Part shown: one piece after another, positions 12,939 to 31,400 of the stretch
Layout of the letters: the number at the start of each line of letters is the position of its first letter
Numbering within the stretch: position 1 is the stretch's first letter
Assembly: GCF_001186125.1 (NCBI RefSeq)
Contig: NW_014040194.1
Location: 24,249-82,448, forward strand
Reading direction: 5' to 3'
DNA: 58,200 nt
DNA from: Sphaeroforma arctica JP610
Lineage: Eukaryota
Made by a program: the position numbers and the translations under genes
The notes under the pieces: generated by a model
Databases searched by the model: none
Told to the model about the DNA's origin: nothing
The model's input: only the letters and a program-made list of their open reading frames with translations

Positions 12939-15900
12939 GATTATTTACGTATCTATTTATGTATGTATGTATTTATGTATGTATATATGAATTTATGTAT
13001 GCTTTTATGTATGTTTGTGTGTATGTGTGTATGTAGGTGTATGTGTATATGTATTTATGTATGTCTGTATGTATGTATGTATGTATGTATGTATGTATGT
13101 TGTGGGTGTGGATGTGGATGTGTATGTGGGTGTGTGTCTGTATGTCCGTATGTGCGTAGGTGTATTGGTGTGTATATGTGTGTATACATATTTGCATTCA
13201 GGTCCGTCACATTTGTGTAGATATTCTATGTATTGCACGAATACATTTTATAGTCGTGTTTGAATGTACATTTTGCATCACTTGTTAATTTTATCAATTG
13301 TAGCCTGCCTCATTACTGATCTGCTTCTTTCATTTCTATCTTGCCTTATACCATCCCAGCTCAATTTGTCGCCGAAGGGACATTTTGCCTCTCTAACCCG
13401 CAAATCTTATACCAGGGCGGACATATTTCTATGCGTTAAGATGGAGTTGGAGCCGACAAACATTATAACGGATGTCACATGTATTGATATGGGCAAGGAA
13501 CCCGTTCCGAACGGGTTCACATTGGTGGAATCAAGGGCAGGTATGTATAGAACTGTAGTACACCTGTGTTTTGTTTGGTTTGCGTATTGTGAGTTTCATG
13601 TATATACACACATATATTCCTGCTCAACAGTGATTGAGGTTATACGCACTGCTGAGGTACGGGGAAAACTTCTTTAAACCAAAGGACAATGGATGGGCCG
13701 TTCCGCATTAGCGAGGGCTTGTGTTATGTATGTATTTATTATGAGCCTTAGTACATTTGTCTACCTCTACCCGACACTTTCCTGCGATCGATAACATAAC
13801 ATTCGCGATGTTTGTATAATAGGTGGAGTTCGCACAATGGTCGCTGTGAAGAGGTCTCCAGTTGATGAAGCGAGTCATATGGTGACCAAAATATGCGCAA
13901 CCTTGCCGAAAAAGGTACTTTGTTTTCACTTATGCGCTCGTGACAACACCTCGAATTTCTTACTATAGACTACCTCTTCCATCGAGTACGTCGGAGACCT
14001 ATAGATGTATATGTATATACTAAGAAAAAGTGTGGGTAGATAGGAGAAGACCGAACTGTGAACAGTCAGATCGCAGAAACGATCAGCAAGAGTGGGGAGC
14101 GGTTTTTGAAATGGATAGCATAACCAGCTCAAGGGGGCAACGAAACGGTTCGTGTCAACCCGGAAGTAAAATATATAGAAACAGCACTTGATCAGCATCG
14201 CAAGTGTTTACTCCTGGGCTAGAAAGTACTTGGCAGCGCCTTGGCTCGATGATCAAAAAAATTAGGTCACCTTCAACATCGAGTGTGTTTTTCGGCTTAA
14301 CAATTGTTGCGCCACAGACTAATCTCTGCGCTTGGTGTATATTGCTCTCGTACCTTGTGTGTGTGTGTGTGTGTGTCAGATGTTGTTTAGTCGCGCTGGA
14401 ATTAAAGCGACATGGAATAGGTGAGAGCTGGATCTCTTTGTGTCAGCTTAAGTTTTGTATTGCAGGCAGGAGAGGAATTCGGGTTTTAATAGCCGACTTG
14501 CCACTAAGTTTTGTAACGAGCTTTGAACAGCGATCTGACGCTGCGGTGGAAGCGCATGGGATTTGCGGCTGGTGTGGGCACTGCAGAGGCACGGATTGGA
14601 GCGGTCTCCTTTCCCTCTTTATCAATCGAGTACTCGTAAAGTGAAGTCGATTGGCTCTATAATATGTCGCAAACATACACTATGAAATATTTTCATTCCG
14701 TGCTATGTTCATAATAGGCCTATCCTATCTGCTATCTGGTAGCTATGCTGATCTAACACCCCATCCATACATATTTGTTTTAAGTCTTCATGCACCTCTC
14801 CACCACACAGGAAGCACTAGACAGAGATTGGCGCGTACACAAGAAGAATTTAGGGGACGATGTGCATCTGGGCTACAAGCGGATAGTATTGAGCCGTGGC
14901 GCGTCAACCGGAGGGCCGCCGCGGCCAGCACAGTCGCCTATGGCATCGTCACAAGTTCCAGAAAGGCCTAGTTCGGTCTATTCATCGATGTATGTCCATG
15001 TCTGGGTTGTTTTTTTCTGATATATTTCGGGTTTCAGTTCGTAAGAACACAAACGTGAAATAAATCTAGTTTCGCTTGGGTTTCTTGTCAGTGTAAGTCA
15101 TGTTTGAGTTTTTTCTCTGAAATAGAAATATATTATATGTCTCAGTTGCCATGGCATGTACCATTACTGGTTAGGCCTAGCGTGGTCTATCCGTTGATGT
15201 ATGTCATGTGTCGGTTGATGTTTTCTTGCTTGCCCAGGCCTTGTCTCTGTGGATTCAGGCTGATTCAATTGGCTTCTCACGCCCCACGAAGACCAGCGTG
15301 TATCTTGCGAATGTTGCTGTGTTATATCGGAGTGTCTGTGAGCGAATATCTTGCCTTATGGGAACTTCCTTTGGTTTCCTCCTTGGCTGCTCGCTGGAAG
15401 TGGCGAGGGATACGATGCTGTTATGAATGCTAGGGCTGCCAGAGAATCGGGCATACTTACGCACCAGTACGGCCGTTACTATAGCGACAGCAGATTCAAA
15501 TATTTATTGCTTGGTGGAATGCAAGTTTTTTTTTCTGGCATTATGGCATTCTTATGCCTCTGATCTAGCTCATGTCGGGCCGTTCCACAAGAATGTCCAT
15601 ACACAATTACACGCAGCTGCGTTCTTTCTCTCCATACAAACTTAGTTGTTCTACCCACCTTTTTATCTTTCTCTCCTTGCAAACTTAATTTCTCTACCCA
15701 TCTTCCTATCCGCCATGCCCAGTTCACAGGCCGGCGCGGATGAGAGCGCAACTTCAGGGCTATACCCAAGTGTCTCTGGCAAACCCGGAATGCCATCACC
15801 TGTGCCTGTGGGTGCTATGTGGGAGGAACAGCCACCTGTGGCCCAATCACGGAGGAATGATTTGCAATATCCAGCTCTCGAAGGAATCACAGTCGACTTC

Positions 15901-17045
15901 GAAGCGGTATGTCGTTTTTAAAATTCGTATGTCACGTGTATGAGTTATACTTGTGTCGCAATGTATAGCTGTCTCTGTAGTCAAAACTGGTAGTATTTGT
16001 ACGTCTGTATTGGGTTTTATCGGCTTATTAGCATCTGTTTCATAATGTGCATTGTGTGAGGCCCGCCAGGATTTGAATTGATATGTTTTAAATTTTGGAT
16101 ATCTAGGTTAGTGGCACTTAGATAATTTACAGAGCGATTGAGTGTTAATGCCCTTCGACGTCAATCGAGTACTAAGTAGTATTAGAATTTGGCCAGAAAA
16201 CAATAAGGGCCAATCATGAGACGATTATGTGGTATTGCCAGGTCTATGAGTTGAAGTTCGGTACAGGCTCTCGGTTGTCCTTTCGACAGCCGTAGATACA
16301 CTCTCTCACGTGCTTCCATCCTATTGCGAAGTTCTCATTACGGAGAAGCGCGTTCTGTCGCGTATTCATCTTTGCAAAAGCGGCTGTTCTTTCCTCAGCT
16401 TCACAATCCTCTTTGGTGAGAGAGTATCAATACGCTCAAAACATGTTTCGCGATATCAGGAATAGCGCAATTTTGTTTGTCGGTATTGGATATAGCTTTT
16501 TCACATATAATTGACAGGGCTCGATCTCCACCGGTTTCACCATTATTGTTGGCGTATTAACTTTCGTCCCCGATTTCAATGAACTTTCTAGCCGGAATCT
16601 GCGGCAGGGCTAGCATCAAGTAATGCCGATCTTTCGATGAAAGAGATGGAGATGGAATTACCGACGCCGATGGACGTATGTGTTTCTTTTCGTTTACTCA
16701 CTGTAACATGCTGTACATAAAACCCTACCTTTCTTTATCCATCGCGTGTCGAATTCAAATTTGCCAAGATTTTCGTTTATAACAATGTTCAAATCACTAT
16801 GTTTTCTACTGTGTATTTCGTATTTTTGCATAGGGTTATCATATGCATAGTGATGGTCAGTATGACAGGCCGTTTCAATTTATTTTTCTTATGGGCGAGT
16901 TCCGTCAATTGACAGAATTGATTGATCTAGCTTATATACTCAAGCCTATGGATACCGAACGAACATTTTTTTTCTGTTTTTTTTTTTAACCATGCAGCTA
17001 TCATTCGACTTCTCAGTAGAGACAAAATACTTGCAAGATCAGTGA
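12134..17045 (+). CDS. MVB12: MVB12-like (FAM125) ESCRT-I subunit: N-terminal MABP domain, Pro/Ser-rich linker, C-terminal UMA motif; 7 exons, ~278 aa
   Basis: Phase-consistent exons: 12134-12202 (MEEPVVSDIMLVKGVKCPKGYML), 13360-13540 (..IFLCVK..IITDVTCIDMGKEPVPNGFTLV), 13823-13914, 14811-14989, 15723-15906 (..ALEGITVDF), 16592-16675, 16998-17045 (LSFDFSVETKYLQDQ*). The repeated 'D-I-x-V...P-x-G-[YF]' pattern is MABP-like. 'LEGI' plus 'FDFSVE' resemble the UMA signature. Confidence 0.72.
12822..12841. other. Assembly gap (20 N) within (TA/TG/CA)n microsatellites
   Basis: Run of N in the sequence. Confidence 0.99.
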
Positions 17046-18080
17046 TGAAGAATGGAAACCAATTATAGAGGGGTGGCATGCGACGTCGAAGGGACGCATC
17101 ATGAACCGCCAAGTCAACGTGTCGGCATTAGTCGCAATCAAAATTAAAACAAAATTAAAACACCTGTGTAGGAATTAACATACAACCTCGGCCCTCCGTG
17201 CAGTTTTTGTGTCGGTTGGTGTATATTGCGTAGATGCATTGACTGGTTATTTGAGTATGATTATATGGAAGAAACCAAATGCTTAATGGGGATTGTTTAT
17301 ATGAGTAACCTGGTGGCTGGGACGCAGATGACCAATTAGATTGTATTCAGATTAAGAGTACGCATATGAGGCCAACAGACAGATAGGCAGACTCTCGAAT
17401 ACAAAGAATAGTTCCCACGGACGCTGACGCTGGTTTTAGTACAGTACACGTCATTCACAACCACTATCGATTTCCTTTTAACTCGGTATCGCTGTCTCAG
17501 CACATGTGTTACTATCGCTGTTGTGTTTTCTAAAAGCCGCTCAGTCGGTTGTATGTGTAAGTTGCAACCTATTACGGAATCGTGCTTTTTTAAAGCCTTA
17601 CCACTTATCTGCAGTAAATTGTAGTATCGCGTCCGGGCCATGAAATGAGAGGATCAAAATCCTCAACATATCATCTGCGGCATGTCAATACTCTGAAGCA
17701 AGCTCTCATGAGATATCTCAAATCTCTTGTACTCTACTGCGTCTTCCTGGGGACTCGCTCGCTCACACCCTCATCACGCTCAGTATATGAACACGCAACC
17801 TTTGCTCGCCCATCCCAAACCTCGACGTGTCCGGTCGCGAAGTTATATTATTTAATCTCGAGACCATAGAGATATGCGACTGAATAACAATGCAAAGCTA
17901 TTCTTAATATTTACTCTTTAACCTACCGATCTACTTGTGTTGTGAGGGGCCGAGCGGTACTCCCGAAGAGAAGAGAGGAGAGTGAAAGACGCTTAGGGAT
18001 TTCCAAGTGCGACTTGTTTAACCTAACGTGCGAAGCCATATGCGCCTGCGAGCCTCCAACTCGTATCTCATGTACTTATT

Positions 18081-18698
18081 TTATTGTTGAGCAAACAGTA
18101 CGTGTACACTCAATGAACACTGGCTACACTGTACAACATCCAGGCCCTGCTCCAGTTCGTCTCCGCTAACAATATAGTCACCGCCACATCGACACGCCTG
18201 GCTGTATGTGTCATCACTCTCATTATAATCCATGTCATCCAGATCAACCTCTCCGTTGCCGGGACAACTCTGTGTCCAGTCGGAGTTGTCGATGCGTGCG
18301 TCATATATACTTCGCTGTGTAGCATCCCGGAGTGTTGCATACGCCTCTTGTATGCAAGCAAATATATTACGTGTATTCGGCACACTCCTCCTCTTATCAC
18401 ATAGTACCTTTTCATCTACGCTAACTCCTGAACTTTCTAAAGTATCTGACATACTCGCGTTCGCCTCAAGTCTGCTGCAAGGCCCACTGCCAGCATTTAC
18501 TTCACCTTGCGAACATCTTTGTAAACTAGGTGATACATTTGAATTTTGTGACAGTGATTGTACTTTATCTGGGTGGTACTTTAATATTAGACGGTGGTAG
18601 CTCGCTCGAATAGTAGCGGGAGATGCACATCTAGTAACGTCCAAGATATCATAGTAAGTCCTGTTAGTGTTAAGCGTCGTATCATTCGGAAGCGTCAT
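18081..18698 (-). CDS. DPH4: Diphthamide biosynthesis protein 4 (J-domain + CSL zinc finger), single exon, 205 aa
   Basis: J domain 'TYYDILDV...IRASYHRLILKYHPDK...IQEAYATLRDATQRSIYD', followed by a CSL finger 'VDLDDM..YSQACRCGG..VVQCSQCSLSVHV'. Confidence 0.92.
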   Translation of the reverse strand: MTLPNDTTLNTNRTYYDILDVTRCASPATIRASYHRLILKYHPDKVQSLSQNSNVSPSLQRCSQGEVNAGSGPCSRLEANASMSDTLESSGVSVDEKVLCDKRRSVPNTRNIFACIQEAYATLRDATQRSIYDARIDNSDWTQSCPGNGEVDLDDMDYNESDDTYSQACRCGGDYIVSGDELEQGLDVVQCSQCSLSVHVLFAQQ

Positions 18699-19319
18699 TT
18701 GTGATTATTACTGCGTGAACGGTATTAGTTGCTGAGGATCTCCTACATTCGATTACACAGTGCCGATATTGAAATGTACGTAAATAAACATGAATTTAAA
18801 AAAAATAGGTAATGAGCCAGGGCCACGCCGCCCACGGACCGTACTCCGTAGTCTGTTGTCTATTAGTCTGTACTCTATTAACTCACACCGTCTCACAGTC
18901 TCACACACACTTCACAGAATCATATTTACAATGATACTGTAGTTAACTGTAAACCTTGCTTTTTTTAGAAAACAAAAACAAACAAAAAACAAAAAACAAA
19001 AACCCCCCAAAACCATGGCCTCCTAAAATAGAGATATTGTGGGAAAACTGTTCAATTCAGGAGGCTATGGCAAAACCCCAAAACAAAATCAGTGATATTC
19101 ATTTTCAAGTCAAAACAATATTATCGATCAATGGCGATTGTGTTTGTTTTGAGCTTCAGACCTTCAGTTTGTGCCATCCATTCATCTTTTAAAATAGTGA
19201 AGTGTGTTGATAACATAATTACATAAATAACATAACAATTGCTAGCGAAGTGTGCTCATAGTTTCAACTTATACCAAACGTGCGGAACCCCTTGACTCTA
19301 CAGTAGATAACATCCCATT

Positions 19320-24307
<4,988 letters not shown>

Positions 24308-25954
24308 ATCGCCTGGGTGTGGAATTGGGCATTGGGATACTGGTACTTCCTGTTCATCGATCATCACACATTAAAAACTTTGAAATACGAATAATTTTGG
24401 TAGGATCACAGTAAATGATAATTGTTAATAAAACTGGTTATTGATACCAAATGTCCTCGGCTGTCGAATACATAAAAAAAGCTATTTTGTTTTGTTCACC
24501 GCTTGTGTTAAATAAATATTTTGAGCAGCGCTATGTTACTAGTTAAGTGGACATTTCTTCGAGACGACAAGCGTGAGTTTCAATAATTAGCCGTACACCA
24601 AAGTTAGCGTTGGCGATTGGGAAAGCATAAGAACGAGTATATACTACTTTTATGTAAATTCAAATAAACGTGACATGTGAAAAGCGGAGAACGCGTGTGG
24701 CGAATTGTGTTTAGTGTATTCAGAGGCTAAACGGAGGAGCCTGTATGCAAAAAAAATCGTAACAGCAATATAAATTGCACAAAGTGCACTTTACTGCATT
24801 TTAAGTTGCAAGGTTTATTCATCCCACAAACTCGAAAGATAGATCTTCCAAACAGTTTAGCTCGTACCCGGAAGGAGAGTATCAATAAATCGTTACCAAA
24901 TACAAACGTCATGTTTCTTCCATTGCCAGTGCCATTCTTCAGTTTGACGTAATTGTGCAGCCACTGGCGATAACCTGTTATTGTAATGGAGTGCAAAATC
25001 CGAATGTTGTACGAAAATAATACACGTCTAAAACTGGTTTTAGCAAGGATGCATTTGCAGTGTGTAATATCTGTCGGACACATGTGTATTTCGAGGCTGC
25101 TGTAATCATATTGTGACATATTTCAGGATGTCACTCGTCAAGAATGCATACAAGTACTATGAGACCTAGACATCTATGATGCACTGTTCTAATGCACGCA
25201 CGCGTGCAAATTTTTGAAGAAAGCTGGAATTCGGGAAGGATGGCCGCGTCTCGTAATAAAGTGTTGTTCAAATCTTTCATCCATTTTAACAGACGAGCTA
25301 CTTTACACATAACAACAGTATTTACATAGTCTATTTTAGAATAGTAATTTCGTATATTTTCGAGTGCCACTGACGTCACAGTATAGGCGAAGTTGTAAGT
25401 TGTAACCACCACTGCGCACTTTGTCTGGATAGACACACATCAAAGCACCAGGTGGGGTTTATTGTGAAGAAGTAATAGCACACAGCACACATCTCTAAAG
25501 GAATGAACTGCGTGTTGCAATTAATACTGCTTTATTATCATTAAGACATTTCGTCCCTATCATGCCAGAAAATGACGGTATGTGCAGATGTTAATATCTG
25601 CCATGTACTGCCTACAATATTTGTGATGTTAGCTTCTTTGTGACTTTAGCTTCTCGCGCGTTTTCTGTATCGATCTGTTTTACACCACGCAACACTAGCT
25701 CAGCAGCGGAATTTTCTGCTTCTTTCTCTGCTTTTCGAAGTCAAAATCTTATAACCATCTACTAGAGGGGTATATCTGTCTAATGCGGGGCTGATGCACT
25801 CTTCGATCATTCGCGAAGGCGGCATGCAGCACTTCCAGCACACGAGGTAGTATTGAGTCTGTTTCGAGGGATCTCGGCTGTTGCCTCATACACTTGCAAG
25901 GGTAAATGTGTACTCATAGTATTTACCAAGAACTTCAACAAGTGGCTAACTGAC

Positions 25955-27089
25955 AGTGTTATCAGAATCGGGCAGTATCACAGCATGCAACAAGCCCCGT
26001 GTTTGCCTCAGCGCCGGGGTTGCCAGAAACGGGTGGCTGAGTATAGAGAGGAGCTGCACATGCGCAATCTCCTGAGATGTGGCATGCGAGTGCCGTACGA
26101 TCTCGTCAGCGGCAGTGGCCATTAGGGTGTATTCGGCACAGTATGCGGCATATACTTGACGCCACCATTGCACTGTTGGAATGAAAAAACTCATATGTAT
26201 GGGTGAAAAGTTCGATTGGACGGGTGAACGAGGGGCGAAGTACATGGGAGATATGAATAAAGGACGCAATCTAGGATACCACATCCATGTCGATCATGGC
26301 AGTGACTGTTGCTGCAGTCAACTACCACTGTCGCCACTACGTCAGCAACCCAAGGCGAAATAGATGGCGTTCGCTAAAATAAAAAAGATATCAGCGTAAT
26401 GCTATCGATAAACACGCAATATATTGATCACCCGAATTGGGCACATACTTACTACCGTAATTTATCTCTGCTGCAAGCGTAAATGCACAGCCCAAAAAGT
26501 GAGCAAGCCGCTATAAGAAGAGATTTGGACATCCGTGTATGTCATCACTTGGACCACTGCTATACGATTCCGCCACATCGCTTAGTTAAGAAAAGCAATC
26601 TTCGCATTTTAACACGAGTGTATAGTTGTAACAATACAAAAAACGACACTTAATCAACTAACACCTGCCATTCACTTTATCCTTGTCTTGGAACTACAGG
26701 AACACATTGGCGCTCGCAACGACTACGGACAACACAAACCGTGCATTTATCCGCAATAGCCGCGTACTAAGACACGATTTAAAGCCCTATTCAATGTATA
26801 AAACCGCTGTATACCTACGCTACAATATCTATGCATACATTCGCTATATAACATCAGCGTATACTCGCAAAAGACTACTTACGTATAGCCACAGCAAAAT
26901 ACTTGTATATATTCGCAACAGACCACATACATATATGTTTTCAACAGATTACATACGTATATTCGCAATAGACGCATGATGCAGCTGTGGTATGGGTAGC
27001 ACCAGCAGATCATCGTTTGCCATCGCGATTGTATTCCGGGCAATTTCTAGATTCTCCAAGTTATTGCGCATGCGTGTGATGGTGGTGGC
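25955..27089 (-). CDS. Possible spliced gene of unknown function (partial model)
   Basis: Two open, phase-compatible exon candidates with good splice signals: 27089-26957 (ATTITRMRNNLENLEIARNTIAMANDDLLVLPIPQLHHASIANI, ctgcag|...|gtatgt) and 26172-25955 (QWWRQVYAAYCAEY...LPDSDNT, ccaacag|...|gtcagt). No domain recognised; ends not resolved. Confidence 0.3.
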
Positions 27090-28238
27090 CTGCAGTAGGG
27101 AGCGTAGAAAAAAACGCTTAGGAAATACGTACAGCCGTTTCAAATTAGGTCCTGAGAATTCTGATTTTAATGGATATACACAACAGGCATCCATGCTACA
27201 CCAGCACCAATTTGTGCAACTCTGAGCATATCGTATATTGAACGCAATTTCTCCGATCATCACCATCGCCACGAAGGCATGTATACAATATCGATATGAC
27301 GTCCTTGATGCGCTCAGTGACTGGTTTCAAATGTGAAACTGTAAGCTCTGAGTGCGAAATTAACAGCTACTACGAAGTAGAAATTCGAAGCAGTCACAAA
27401 CAGCACATGGCGACCACCTATCAGCTATGGTGTGTTCCATCTTGTGACTAATACAGCAATGTATGTGTTTAGTGGTTGATATACACCAAAACGATTGCAC
27501 AGCGCGCCGACATTACCAAGTGCGGGATGAAGGTCGAATTTGGCATGAGGAAGGTCAGCATAAACCCTAAGGACATATGCATGTGCAGAATCAAAACCCC
27601 CATCGCCAATACAACTGTAAGCTCGCTTCAATGAGCAAGACATGTGAGAAAAGTGCTTTTCCGATATTTGCCCGTCAAAACATATTGTATCAAATTACCA
27701 ATTGCTCACATTTGCTGTTCATTTTGTTTCCAATGTCGTGCCGAAGTAGATAGAGACTGCCCGCGGTCTCAATCTCTGCCTCATCGCTCATACCATTCTC
27801 TACTTGGCTGTACAATAATGTCATTTGTATACAATTTGGTTTGATTTATGTACCATTTACTTGGTGAAAGAACAGCGCACGTATTTGATGCGGTATATAA
27901 ATTAAAGCCGCATTCAGATATGCAGCAACTAAACCTCTTAGGGAGGATAGGACTGTGTCAGCAACTAAAAAATGCCACATTTATATCACATGCGTGCAAA
28001 CGATCACAATCGGTACAAAACACATTCGCGTTCAGACGACAGACAATAACAAACTGGAGTAGTTTATGTGAAAACCAATGCTCGTTTGCAATTACCACCG
28101 ATACAATTATAGTGAATTTTTCTGTACGTAATCATAAAACTTCCCACAAATCTGTATTTAGTCAACTATCAGGTCAAATACATCTAGGTATAAACAAATA
28201 CTAACTTCCAATGAGTAATTAGTAGTAATGTAAATATC

Positions 28239-28435
<197 letters not shown>

Positions 28436-28492
28436 TACTCAAGTAGATACTTTACTGTTCGTGTACTTAGTGTATATTATTAGGAATTCACC

Positions 28493-31400
28493 ATGAGTAG
28501 TGCAGCTGAGCTTCCCTGCTACACGCTCGTAAGTGGGTCAGCGGACGAGGAGAACATCCCGGAAGCAGATTTACGTGTAGCCTTTGAGAAGGGCACAGTA
28601 GCACAGAAGGTAGATGCACTGCAGGCATGTGTGCGTGGTATGCTCAGAGGGGAGAAGTACCCCACTATTCTCATGCAGATTATCCGGTTTATTCTGCCGA
28701 TGAAGGAGCATGCCATCAAGAAGATGCTTCTACTGTACTTTGAGATTGTGCCCAAGTTGGGAACCGATGGCAAGCTTTTGCCACAGATGATCCTTGTGTG
28801 CGATGCATACCGTAAGGACTTGGTATCTCCCAATGAGTTTGTGCGGGGTTCAACCCTGCGTTTTCTGTGTAAGCTTAAGGAGAGTGAACTCTTAGAGCCT
28901 CTTATGCCCAGTATTAAGTCGTGCTTAGAACACAGACACTACTATGTGAGGCGAAATGCGGTGTTGTGTATATATACGCTATACAAACAGTTCGACTTCC
29001 TCATGCCCGACGCACCCGAGGTGGTGTACAATTGCCTGGTGAACGAACCGGACATGACAGTAAAGCGTAACGCATTTATGATGCTGGTATATGCAGATAA
29101 GGACAAGGCGCTGGAGTTCTTAGGCACATGTATTGATCAGGTAAGTGAAGGAAATAGTAGGATTCAAGATAAACGTGTGCTCTCGTATAAAATGTGCATG
29201 TAGACGTAATATATATGCATCTATATGTATATGCATATATATATATATAGGACATAAATACATATATACATACATTAATACATATACATATATATTATGT
29301 AACAAATCATATAAGCAAATCATATACAAAGGTGTATGTAGATTTTCAAATGAGTAAATTTACGCATGTATATATATATATGTGTGTGTGTGTGTATGTA
29401 TGTGTTTATGTACGGATGTATGTATATATATATATATATGTGGGTGTGGGTGTGGGGGTATGGGTGATGATGTACACATACATTTATGTATATCTATACA
29501 TCTGATTGTATTGTACTATTTCTGGATATATATATATATATATAGATGTATTGTTTATATACGCAATGATAAAAATATATTTATAAATCTGTACCAGCCG
29601 AACCTGTAGATATTTTGCAGTGCACGCACACATGTGCAACTGCATATACTTCAAATCATTTTTATTTGCAAATACATATCCATAATAGATACAGATATAC
29701 GTATTTGTACATGTTGTCATAACAATCTGTGAGTGCGTGTATGTGGATATTTCTCTGTTTGTGTTGGGTATATGTACTTGCATGTGCATGTATATTGTTT
29801 ACATATACATAATAATACCGACAAGTCTTGCACGAGTTTAAATTGTGAATAAATTGATCAACATGGTTTGTGTTTGTCCATCTATGTGTATGTGTTCTTA
29901 CATATACCTTATATACAAGTGCCTATTTTAAAAAAATATATATACATAAATCGTTCACATATACATACACTGTACTTTTACCTATATGATTGCATGTGCT
30001 TGATGATGTAGGTATATCGTTAAATATTCCTACTCCATCAAATAATTAAGATATACGTTCCTTATTGATATATGTATGCTGTTGTGCACACATATATACT
30101 GTGTGCCATATACATTTCTATGCATATTTAGTACACACGATAATATATGTGTACATGTCTATTCCTAAACAGGTTTGCACATGCACGCCTTTCTGCTTGT
30201 ATGAATGTATATCGCATGTCAAGTGCACGTATTGTGTAGTCCAACAATACACTTAGCAACTTTTTTTTCTTTCGTTATTCTGGTTTTAGATATATGTCTG
30301 TTGCATATCTGCGTACTTTGATTTTTACATCGAATTACATTTGTTCGAAATTTACAGGTCGAAAATTATATGCATAACTGCTACGAGTCATACAAACAGA
30401 GGCAAAAAGTTGTCTAAGTAAATATTACGCATGTATACGTATTTTATTGTTCAGTGTACCTATATGTGTGTTTTAGTATATGTATGCGCATCATTACATG
30501 TATGTATATATGTATATATACATATATATATGTGTGTGTATATATTTGTATGTATGTATATATGTATATATACATATTGTGGGGGGGGTTGGGGTTCGTT
30601 TTCATCTTCTTGTTTACGAATATAGTATAAACTCATATCTTTGTTTATACTAATTTACATCTATATACATAACCAGATCCATATTTTCATGGGTATTTGC
30701 ATGTGAATGTATCATAAGTATATATATACATGTGTGTGTGTGTGTGTTTGTGAATGTATGTATTTATATGTATGTATCTATACCTCTATATATATAAATA
30801 TATATGCTTGTATGACGTACGTTTTAATGTGTAAATATCGGCTCGGCTGATTTTCTACATCTGTGGATGATTGTCTGAAGTGTCAAATAATTTCAACTAA
30901 TTTGTCTCAAATTCGCCTAGTATTTTTCTACTGTATTTTGTCTCTATCGATACGATTGGTCTCCATTCGACACCAGCTTCGGTTAGGTTGTTCAATTAGT
31001 TGAGTTAATATACACGTTTACGTCCGCAGTCATAATCCCTACATCGACTCTCTCAATTTCATTCCTTCATACTTATTTCTGTATACACACTAATATTCCA
31101 ATGTATGTGTGTTTTAATTCATACATTTCTATATAAATACTTATGCCACCCCCATACACCACACTTCACTTCATCCCAGGTCCCCAGCTTTGGCGATATT
31201 CTGCAACTGGTCGTGATTGAACTGGTCTACAAAGTGTGTCGCACCAACCCAGCGGAGAGAGCCAAGTTCATACGGTGTATATACATGCTGTTGAACTCTA
31301 GCTCGGCCGCTGTTCGGTACGAAGCCGCCGGAGTGCTTCTGACTCTATCTACAGCCCCTACTGCCGTCAAGGTAACGATCGCTGCAATGTTTGTGTGGGG

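Noticed and set aside
17041..17110. Peptide SDEEWKPIIEGWHATSKGRIMN resembling a NUMOD4/HNH endonuclease start
   Set aside because: Only ~22 aa, overlaps the MVB12 stop and 3' UTR, and no HNH motif follows; probably chance.
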